In this document: positions 53,780-64,000 of the stretch, in pieces
Layout of the letters: each line of letters opens with the position of its first letter
Numbering within the stretch: position 1 is the stretch's first letter
Assembly (NCBI GenBank): GCA_964016885.1
Contig: OZ024743.1
Span: forward strand, 302,374,001-302,438,000
DNA: 64,000 bases
Direction: 5' to 3'
Source: Eledone cirrhosa
Lineage: Eukaryota
Program-made: the position numbers and the translations under genes
Notes under the pieces: generated by a model
What the model was told of the DNA's origin: nothing
The model's input: only the letters and a program-made list of their open reading frames with translations
Databases searched by the model: none

Positions 53780-55585
53780 TGAATCAACCTAATCATCTCA
53801 GCAGAAGCAATGGTAGCAAAGCAAAAAAGGACACTATTTTACAGATGCATTTCAGATCTAAACTATAAAGTGGAACTGCCCTATTCAATATCATGTGAAT
53901 GTCGCTGGGTACCTACAGACATATTAGCGAGAGATTTCCTCGTGGAAACCCCTAATATAAAAACAAAGAGGAAGTGTTTAAAGGGGTTCTCAGTAAAACC
54001 CCAACAATCTTAGATGTGGAATCATCTAACCCCCACGAACACCTGGAGCGTAAGTTAACCTTCTACTTCTTGAAAAACCAGCCAACATGGCTAATATTGG
54101 GTAAGATTGGCATCTCCCTGGAAGCAAAATTGCTTCCCGAACGACCGCAATTCACTAGACATAACACACTCCACCGCGTTTGATACGGTAAGGAGTAAAC
54201 CTGGCTTTGGAGGGGATATGATCAAGTTAGATCAATCGCATGCTGTCGATACGATCGAACATCTATACCTTGGAGGCTAACTTCAAGGCAGTTGGCTTCG
54301 GTCCTGTTTTCAGAGAGGGTTCATGAAACGTTTAAGATCCCGTCATCTGTCCTTCAAAGGTACCGTATCTCCAACCTTTTCTATCTATTGATTCTCGAAC
54401 CATTACTACGGAAACCGGAGCTTTGGAAAATATCCCACTCGAATCAGCACGTGGAACGACTGTCTCAGCGTATACAGACAAATAACCGTGATGGTGTCAA
54501 ATATCTCGCAAAATCGAGTTGGTCGTCGGGTTCTTAGACGAATACGAAAGGTTAAGGGGAGGAAAACTGAACCCGGAACCGTCGGAGGATTTGCAGCCGC
54601 GCACCTGGATATCGATGTCTTTAATCAGCTTTATCGGCTGATTGACAGGCGGGTCGCTAAAGTTGATTCGAGTCAAACCTCATAGTATATGAGAACCAGG
54701 ACGCAGTAACCAGCAGTTTAGCCACTCTCATCTAGAAATGGATCGAGAGAAAGCTACCTCTTAAAAGTTGGGCATATTTGGCGAAGGCGTTCATTGCGAG
54801 CGTATTTATTTACCCCCATATCGTAGTTCGCACCGCAACAAATTGGGACCGCTACAATTCTACATCTGGAAGGGACACGTTCCATTGGTGAGGTTGTCTA
54901 TCTTCTGCCAGTACCCTCATCGTGGAGTGCTGGACATCCCGTGGTTGAATAGATGCAAACATGCGCTGAGGCCTGACATATTCAGATGTTCTTAAACGGA
55001 GAATAGACGTCGTCGGCGTTTGTGAGGCTGTTCTTCCTGCTGTTCACCTCATTGACTGACCTGAGACCTAGGTCAGGACGAGTCCGAGACCAAGACCAAA
55101 CAGTAACGGTCAGGCAGACCTCCTTTGCCTGAAGGCTGTAGCGAAATAGCTTGTGTGAGGCCTGAAGACAGCAACTTTTTTCTGCGGCCAATCACTCACC
55201 AACATTTTCAAATGTCACTTGGAAACGAAGCTGAGAGTGGAGAGGGAAGTGCCAAAAAAAACCATTAGCTAAATGCGCTGTGTTTGTTTCTAGGATGACC
55301 CGTGTGATTGGACTTACTGAGACCGTGCACCTGTAGGCTGGCTGATTTGGAAAAGGATGGGAGACCCTCCTCTGGTTCTCTCGGAGCATCAGATGGTTCA
55401 GAATTTAGGGTTCCTTTGTCGCCGCCGTGTGGCCCGCCACCATATCTTGTAATTTCCATTGTTTGGATTATTTTGTTTATTCTTATTTGTTAATTTCTTT
55501 ATACACAATTTAATTTTAAACCTCCACTGTTACTGTCTCTAGTATTGGCCATTTCTGTTATCTTATACCCAACATTGTGGACGAT
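53780..55585 (+). pseudogene. Decayed Tx1/L1-like LINE
   Basis: LFYLLILEPLLRK and YIWKGHVPLVRLSIFCQYPHRGVLDIP match the Tx1-type RT and post-RT pattern. T-rich 3' UTR. Confidence 0.6.
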
Positions 55586-55589
55586 TAAC

Positions 55590-56115
55590 AACTATTATTA
55601 TCATTATGTTCTTGGAGTCTCAGTCATTGTTGCTATTTAACTGATAAGTTTGTTCAAATGAATATGAAGCCGCTACCCACAGCCTCATATATTCAGGACG
55701 TATCCGAGTGTTCTTGTTGTTCCCAGCAACCATGCCTCTTGAATTTTTCCAAAAAAAGATGCTGGACTACTGTTCTATAACTATCCTTGAAAACTCTTTC
55801 AGATTGAACCTATTGATACTATTACAGTCGGGACGACCTTGATTTCATGACATTCCCACATCATTTTTAATTCCCGCTTTAAATCCTGATATCGGTTAAT
55901 TTTCTCCTCTTTTTATTACATTCTTGTGCCAAAGGGGCACACTAGATCTATAAACAGACACGATTTTTTTTCCCTTGTCACCAGCCACCAGGTCAGGCGT
56001 AATGTCATTTTATCTTGTGTTTGTCTGTATCGTGAAATCCTCTAATACCTTCACTCGATCGTATACTTTCGCCGTCTATGGCTTATCTTCATACCACTTC
56101 TCAGAATATGGTACA
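55590..56115 (-). pseudogene. 3' fragment of a Dong/R4-clade retrotransposon (restriction-like endonuclease)
   Basis: EKWYEDKP, DFTIQTN, PDLV..DK, CLFIDLVCP, EEKINRYQDLKREL, VVPTVI, followed by a (TAA)-like tail. Confidence 0.8.
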
Positions 56116-56879
56116 TTATTTATATTTGCTGTTGTTGCAGCTTCTGTTCGTATTGTTCTTGTGTTTTTAATTGTTATTGCTATTATATTATAATTGTTGT
56201 TCTTCTTTTCCACATGAATATGAACTATTTTCTTATTATATAAACCTCCTTAACAATAATAGTTTTATCGCTACCCAATTTAACTCATATTCACTGTGCT
56301 AATACAATTTGTAAATTGTTGTTTACAAATCCTTTCACATAATGTATTCTGCAATTCATAGTATAGTGATAGAGACACTTTCCGCATAGATCACAAATGA
56401 AGGTATAGTTAATGCTCTCGCATTTTTACCCCATCATATCCAGCAGATTAGTAGGAATTGAACACTGAAAATAAGCACTAACTGCGAAGCATAATTAATG
56501 TTCAATTTGGATAGAATCGTGCACCGCATTTCTGCTTAATTACTATGAGGAAGACGCCAACTTATATGTAGATAGCAATTGATATTAACAACATTTTTCA
56601 CGATGTTTGAAATAGCATCAACTAAACTTTTTCACAGAAGCTGTTGATAAAGTCTGACTCATCATAGATACGCATACGAAATTCCGTTAATTTTTCGAAA
56701 GTCAGAGTAAATTTATCCCTATTTGCATCGGTTCCGTGTTTATCTGTTAGACACGTAGTGAGTAACAACAGAATGTTTTAACTCTGCGTGTCTGGCATAT
56801 ATGCGTAGCTTGTAAATAAAAAAAATGTCAAGGGGTGTCGCTGGCCGTAGTAATCGCTGCCAAACATGTTTTGTAATGT

Positions 56880-57050
56880 ATCGACTTATTGGCTAATTTC
56901 ATCGTCTTATTGGTTAATCAACCAACGAGAGTAATTGTTGCTCAAAAGCATCCGCCATTTTGTGTGTACGTTTATTTATTATTTCGCTTTCGAATCTTCC
57001 TCCTGTATTTCGTCGTTTATCATCAACATATTTTTTCTCATTTTGGTAAG
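56880..57050 (+). promoter_or_regulatory. Candidate host Pol II promoter and non-coding first exon
   Basis: ATTGG (inverted CCAAT) at 56888 and 56909, YY1-type CCGCCATTTTG at 56952-56962, pyrimidine-rich leader and donor G|GTAAG at 57046. Confidence 0.5.
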
Positions 57051-57319
57051 ATATATCGTTAATTTATATATGAATTTTTAAATTTCTATTAACTATCTTT
57101 TTTCCAGTTCGTTATAACATGCTTATAATATTGATTGTATCATATTTACTTGTATATTTGTCCATATTATTGTTCGTTTTATGTTAGATTATTTTATTAT
57201 TATTATGTTAGACTAGTTGTATGTAATATTTCATTTTTATTAATTCAACTATAGCAATTATTATGTAAAATATATTTATTTAATATTGATTGTTTTTTGT
57301 AGTTGTTTGTATTAAAAGT

Positions 57320-57940
57320 CTGAAAATATTTGTATACATCTTACAGTTATATTTATAAGATCATTTATAAAATAACAATTATATAATCTAATTACATTAC
57401 AACGATAATGTATTATTAATATATATCATGTTTAACTAGAGTTATTACAAGCGTTGCCTTAACAAATATTGTAATCATTATCTTTCGTACACTCTGTGGC
57501 ATCCTTTTATAAAAAAGAGACTCATAACGAACTCAAGACGACACGAAAATTATTTAAGTGAATTTATAATATAGAATTCGATTTAAGTGCATTTCGTATT
57601 AATCATTACTAAACATCGAATATGATATATTGAATATTAGCTTAAACAATTATCATGACGTCTTGAGTTCGTTATGAGTCTCATGTTTATAAAAGGATGC
57701 CACAGACTGTACGATAGATAATGATTATAATAATTTTGATCAACAACTCTAGACCCACACTTTTGAAGGTTTATTATAACATTCTGTGGCTCTTTAAAAT
57801 GTTTTAAGGCAACGCTTGTAATAACTCTAGTTAAACATGATATACATTAATAATAAATGATCGTTGTAAAGATTATATAATTATTATTTTATAAATGATC
57901 TTATAAATATCATTGTAAGATGTATAAAAACATTTTTCAG
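57320..57940. mobile_element. ~620-bp imperfect fold-back (MITE-like) element
   Basis: CTGAAAA...TTTTCAG ends. Arms pair over ~250 bp, with a ~70-bp insertion in the right arm. Confidence 0.75.
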
Positions 57941-60900
57941 GTCTAGTATAAAATGTGTCTTTCATACGTTCGTGTTCAACGAAAGTATGAACCGGTCCAG
58001 AGGAATTAAATTGTCGGCATTTTTTTACAGCGCTGGACAGATACTTTGCGGAAACTCTTCCGCCGTGTGCATTCTGAATTCAAATTACGCATAAAATTAC
58101 CTGGACTAAATATAGAAGTTCCCATGACATACCTATTTATATGCATCATATCAATCATAGCACCACACTACACATATTTTGTTGACATTAAATGTTCCTG
58201 TTTCTAGAGAATAATTCAAGCCTTCGTGTGGGCTTGTTGTGTTAAGATTTTGTCATGCACCTAAGATTTTCAGTCAATTTCTACTTTTCTTCAGTGTGAT
58301 ACATGTATATTCATTAACGTAATATTGCGGTTTCCAAAATTGTGACAACTACCACAACAATTTATAATTTCATTACAATTATTTTCCCATGCATTACCCA
58401 ACTTATCATTCTGACAGCAATTGTATTTATATTAATTAGTTTACCCTTCATTTTTTGCGCAAAAACTTTGTTTTTTAAGTATAATCTCTTCCTATTCATA
58501 TATTCGTGAATATTTTATAACTTTCCTTTCTCCAGTTTGGAATATATAGTCGTTCTTCAATTCTTTGTATTTTTTGCACTTGTTTTCAATCATCCACTTC
58601 TGATGGTTCCCTTGGCACATTTCTAAAATGTGTCAAGTTGTGAATAAAAGGCTGAAACGTTTAAGATTAATAAATCAAGCTGGAAATTGCATTTTATTGT
58701 TTGTGCTGCATAGGCATATAAATATATTTACATCATTATTTAATTAGAAAACTGTCATGTTACATTTCATGATGTGACCGTCATAGTTATTTCTACTCAT
58801 TTTTTAACAGTAAAGTATTGATATTTTGTGATATTCGTTTAAATGTTATTTTGCTATATTGCGACGCTGTTATATCCATGTTATTTTCTCCACGAAACTA
58901 TTTTGATGATCGAGTAATGTTTAGCTACCAAATATTAAACAAATGTATAATTCATTGTTATGTTCATTGAAGTTGAATGAATGCAAGTTTTACTATTATT
59001 GCAACTTATATAATGAACGATATTCCACAACTGCCAGGACAATAATTATCACCTCATCAAAACGGACGTTAATGTAAAAAAATATGAAGAAGGAATGAAA
59101 TATCTAGACATAGAGAATATATGGATTTAAACCGGAAGGTTTAGGTAAACTAATATGTTCATTGAGAATGAAAAACTGCACAAACACAACCTAAACAGAA
59201 AGGATTACTAATACGCTCAACATGCAGACCATAGCAATATTAAACTCTACACATGTTACGTTTATTCTTTGTAGAGTAATAGAAACACAAAGCAAACCAA
59301 CCAATTGAACGCGTCCTGATCGGGTGAAGTGTTGTTCTGTACTGCACGCAATACTAGTAAAATGTATTTAAAGTTAAAATTAAACCCGATTCTTACTTGT
59401 CCAAAATGTATTAATAACAAATTGTGTGAGTGAATAACGTAAGCGTTTAGTAGTATTGGAGATATTATGAATAAATAAATCACCTTCAATAATTCCATAG
59501 TATATTTAAAAAGCATTCCAAGATGAGAAATAATCATATCACTATTGGCATACAATAGGTTGCAAGTTAGCTCTACACAAATAAGAAGATGAAGTTTTGA
59601 GAAATAAATATCATCTTTCCTTCTCTACGAGTTTAACATAACGGATTGGCTGAATTAAAATTATAATGTCATTAAATGTTAGGGATATTCAATTAACCTT
59701 CTCGATGTGGATGAATAACACAATTTACAACGGAAAATGCACTGCTGGGAAACATATTGTCCATGAAATCTGCGGGAAAACAACGATGCTTACTATTTAG
59801 AAAGGTATACCAATGCTACTTAATCTGGAAAGATCTTTTTAACTAAAAACATTAAATTCCATCCAGGTACAAGAATCAATTTATTAGAATAAAGTCCCAA
59901 AACCATATACTTAGAACCATCCAAAATTCAAAGAATCCATAAATGAACAAAACTTTACAGAAAACAGCTACAGAAGAGTAAGACTATCATAAAAAAAACA
60001 GACGTCAATGCTAGACATAAAATAGCAGTTATAAGCATTTGGGAGCGCTCGCAAAATGAGTTCCTCGAATTGAACACATCACGTACCATGTTAGGCAGTT
60101 TTCATGAACCACAGCCTCGCATGGGTGGACACTATTTGTCTTTATATATTGTACCTGTAACTTGAAGGGAACGCTCTAACACAATGTCCCCAGTGAATTA
60201 CTTAGGAAATCTTGTAGAAGGTATCAGTTTAGGTGGAAAGTTCATCCACATGCATGTTGATGTCGAAAGCAGCACGTTTCTTTAATAAAACAACTGGGAC
60301 AATCATTCTTGAAGCCACCAGAGATGCATCTCATTACAATTATAAATTAGATTGTCACCTCCAGCTACAACATAATGAGTTGTACGTTACAAAAGGGAAA
60401 ATCTGAATACTAACAAAAATAGAATATACACAATAGACGGGAAATATAGAGGCTATGAAGAAGTTTGTAAAATATAATTTATCATTTACATTCGCATTAT
60501 TGTATATTGTGGATGATGTATAAATGTATAATGAGATATGTTAACAAAATGTATGCATACTCGGTTCAACATCTGCCGTTGTCGATATGGTTCTTTATCC
60601 TTCTCGTTTTTATAAATCACAAACCGATTATCTCAAAACTAATACATAGCTTACAGAAAACGTGCAAATTTGTATCAATCATCGCAATCGAATATAGAGT
60701 TTGTTGTGTTGTACAAATGTTAGAACAATGAACGAAATTGTTTGACATATTAGATACTACTTTTCATGAATTTTAGTCGTATTATAAACTCTTTACTTTA
60801 CAATTTTCAACTGAAGATAGCAAGACACCAGTTATATAATACGGTCGAGTACATCTGTCATATATTTTACTGTAGCACGTCTTCCATTGTGAATCTCTGT

Positions 60901-61079
60901 TGAGAGATTGCATATATGCAGTCGCAGAATCTGTATAACTTTCGAACACAACTTAGCATAAATAGTTTTTATCTGTTATATAATAAATCAGTATAACTTA
61001 ATATATAGATATATGCAATTACTCAAATGAAGATATGTATTTATTATTAATAATAATTTCTAAAGTAGAAACAATTATT

Positions 61080-61271
61080 AATAATAATTTCTACTTTAGG
61101 CACAAGGCCAGCAATTACCCAGTGCATTACTGGTACTTTATTTTATAGACCCCATAAGGATGAAAGGCAAAGTCAACCTCGGCGGGATTTGAACTCAGAT
61201 CGTAAAGGGACGTAAATTATGCTGGAAAGCATGGCGTCCGACCCTCTACCGATACTGCCAATCCACCGCCC
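61080..61271 (-). mobile_element. Full-length tRNA-derived SINE
   Basis: Near-identical to 39551-39740, with TTATTAATAAT on both flanks. Confidence 0.9.
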
Positions 61272-61282
61272 TTATTATTAAT

Positions 61283-61393
61283 AATCCCGCCGAGGTTAAC
61301 TTTGCCTTTCATCATTACGGGGTCGATAAAATAAAGAACCAGTAGTGCACTGGGTAATTGCAGGCTTTGTGCCCAGGAGTAGAAACAATTATT
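61283..61393 (+). mobile_element. SINE 3' half, inverted relative to its neighbour
   Basis: AATCCCGCCGAGGTTAACTTTGCC...GTAGAAACAATTATT. Confidence 0.88.
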
Positions 61394-61898
61394 AATGTCT
61401 TAATTAGCTAGATCTATTGATGTAATTCAGATGTGTTTGCGGTGGTGTTTAGAAAAAAAATACTTTGTTGTATAATCAGCCTCCAATTGAAGCTCTCTCT
61501 TTCATCATTGTAACTGTTATATGAAAATTTGAATAACCATCCACGATATTTCTCATAAATGCTTTTCATTTCGAAACTATGAGCAATATTGTTAAGCAAA
61601 TACATGCCTACGAATATATTCATGACTCATTGCTGAATGATTCAGCTCGTTTTGAAGGTGACAACGTTAATGCTATTATCCCAACGATCATCCCCAATTC
61701 GCGTAGCGTTTAAGTACAAATGTTTCTAAATGATCTCCTTGATGTATGGCAATTATATAAAGAATTACATATCATTTTTTTTTATGTGCATAATCATATT
61801 TTTCCTTTCGCCATGAAACAATGGTGCTCTATTTAGATAACATTAATATATCATAAGAATAAAAGTTTATATCGTCACAATATATATATATATATATA

Positions 61899-62190
61899 TA
61901 TTGTTATACTTTGGGAAGGTCATGTTGCCAATAAGAAACACACACACCAGTTGCTTTCACTTCAATTTATTATAATAAATTTATAAATTAAGGAATTTAT
62001 AAATCTCTGGTTGGTTGGTTGGTTCCACAACCAGATAGTTGTTTATATATATTGTCAAAGTTCTTTCGTCACACGTTCCGTGACCTCTTCAGTGACTGGG
62101 GATTATTTTCTTTGTTTTTGTGCCTCTCCTTTGTTCTGTCCTACGCCATTTTCTTATTGGCAACATGACCCTCCCAAAGTATAACAATAT
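61899..62190 (-). mobile_element. Solo pLTR (family D-related) with ~40-bp inverted end
   Basis: Inverted repeats 61899-61938 and 62151-62190. Contains a hammerhead. Confidence 0.8.
62054..62096 (-). ncRNA. Type I minimal hammerhead ribozyme
   Basis: GTCA-CTGAAGA-G-GTCAC(GGAACGT)GTGAC-GAAA-GAAC-TT^TGAC. Confidence 0.78.
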
Positions 62191-62244
62191 CGGTTTCAAC
62201 ACACGATTTCAGATAAATAATCTTGCTAAACAAATTCAGAAACG

Positions 62245-62298
<54 letters not shown>

Positions 62299-62679
62299 TT
62301 AAATTAAATAATAATAATAATAATGCATGTTAGTTTTGTATATCGAATACTATACATGTTTACGAATACACATTTAACATTTACATCTACAGGCCTTTGG
62401 AGAGGAAATTTAAATGTGATGGCTGACGTGATCTACCTTGTTCCAGAAGAAGCACGAGGAGGCAACCAAAATCACTTTTTTCGGCTATTTGGCCATTGTC
62501 AAGGTGACGTGTTGGACATAACAATTTTCTGTATGGTATATGTGTGGGATGGCAAACCCCACAGAGCATAGGTAAAAAATATTTGGACATCGGTGGTGTC
62601 ATTTGTTATTGTATGAGACGACCGAATGTGAATTTAATGCAAAAGTAAGGAACCGAGTTGTTTCTCTAGCGTAAGGACA

Positions 62680-62853
62680 AAGAAGAAGAAGAAGAAGAAA
62701 AAGAAGAAACAGAAGAAGAAGAAGAAGAAGAAGAAGAAGAAGAAGAAGAAGAAGAAGAAGAAGAAGAAGAAGAAGAAGAAGAAGAAGAAGAAGAAGAAGA
62801 AGAAGAAGAAGAAGAAGAAGAAGAAGAAGAAGAAGAAGAAGAAGAAGAAGAAG
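62680..62853. repeat. (GAA)n microsatellite
   Basis: Read directly from sequence. Confidence 0.95.
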
Positions 62854-63067
62854 ATGGAGGAAATTTACCTAGGAGTTACTCGAAATCATAGGCAGAAAGC
62901 AACAAGAAAAAAACATAATGCATTTCAGCCGACGCATTTACTTATACCACTGCCTATATACTCGTTCATTTATATATTTTTTTCTAATTTGAATGTGGTA
63001 AAATAAACTAATATTAGGGATGCTGGATGAATTATTATTGCTGTTTTTGCTTTCATATACACATCCT

Positions 63068-64000
63068 AGTAAAGATTTAATTAGTACCTTTGCTAATCTT
63101 AACCTTAAAATTACTATAGATACGAACCTTACTAATGCTAACTTTCTTGATATTAATCTTGATCTACTTACTGCCTCTTTTAAACCCTATCATAAACCTA
63201 ATGAACATCTTAGGTATATACACAAAGAGTCTTGCCATCCCCCTATAGTTTTTAATAATCTTATTCCTAACATTAGCCGTAGGATTTCTACCTTATCTTC
63301 GTCTATAGACATTTTTAATAAAGCCAGCCCTTATTATAATAAAGCCCTTAAGAACAGCGGTTTTACAGAAAATATTTCTTATTTACCTACTCCCCCCCCC
63401 CCCTAAAACTAACCATAATAACAGGAAAAGGAAGATTATTTGGTTCACACCCCCCTTCTCTCTAAATGTCAAAACTAATGTAGGAAGGAAATTCCTTGAA
63501 CTATTAGACAAACATTTTCCTCCTATTCATAGATATTATAAGATTTTTAATAGGAATGTAGTTAAGATCAGCTACTCTTGTTGCCCATCCATGAAGTCCA
63601 AAATCACCAGTTCAAACCGTACGAGGATAAATCCAGGATGCAGTTGCAAGAAGCCGGATGAATGCCCATTGCAGGGTAAATGTAACACAAAATCTGTCGT
63701 TTATGAGGCTAAGATAACGCCAGTTATCAACAACCAGCCAGCCAGAAGTGAGCGATATGTCGGTATGACCCAGGACAGGTTTAAAACCAGATTTTACTCA
63801 CATGTCGCTTCTTTTAAACACTCAGATAAACGAACATCAACGGCCCTCGCAAGTAAGGTATGGGATCTCAAGGATAGTAATATCCCGTACTCTATTGATT
63901 GGTCTATATTAGACCATTCGAGGGAGTACCAAAGGGGCACAAAGAATTGTTCTTTGTGTACCACAGAAAAGTATAGGATTTTGCTAAACTTGAGAGCCAC
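63068..64000 (+). mobile_element. 5'-truncated PLE of a third type (RT thumb and GIY-YIG with CxCx5Cx5C), running off the window
   Basis: NFLDINLDL, PYHKPN, SCHPP, frameshift in poly-C at ~63400, IIWFTPPFS, CSCKKPDECPLQGKC, VVYEA...YVGMT, CSLCTTEK. Confidence 0.9.

Noticed and set aside
59700-60410. Higher-complexity segment with a minus-strand acceptor-like site at ~60405
   Set aside because: No sustained reading frame or recognisable motif, so a coding exon cannot be supported.

Overview
AT-rich eukaryotic (animal) DNA, dense in microsatellites. The tRNA-derived SINE resembles octopod SINEs as I recall them, so a cephalopod host is inferred, not shown. I could not identify an intact host protein-coding gene. 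The window is dominated by Penelope-like elements (PLEs). One is a near-complete Neptune-like PLE with direct pseudo-LTRs (41.5-46.8 kb) and a separate ORF1 joined to the RT frame by a U-UUU-UUA -1 slippery site. A second, convergent PLE is broken only by one CA slippage (46.9-50.0 kb), and a third type runs off the right edge. There are many truncated copies and solo or fold-back pLTRs. Reading these repeats by eye gives about a dozen type I hammerhead ribozyme motifs from several families. Some have variant cores (U3-A8 UUGAAAA, U4C CCGAAGA, and a highly atypical CAGUUGA) and many have palindromic, dimer-type stem III. One ORF-less inverted/tandem hammerhead element is bounded by a 16-bp target-site duplication and looks retrozyme-like. 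Also present: two tandem non-autonomous Helitrons, a decayed RepHel fragment, six SINE copies, decayed RTE, CR1, Tx1 and Dong/R4 LINE fragments, a 620-bp fold-back element, and a probable host promoter/first exon near 56.9 kb. All RNA folds were done by eye and none is tested.
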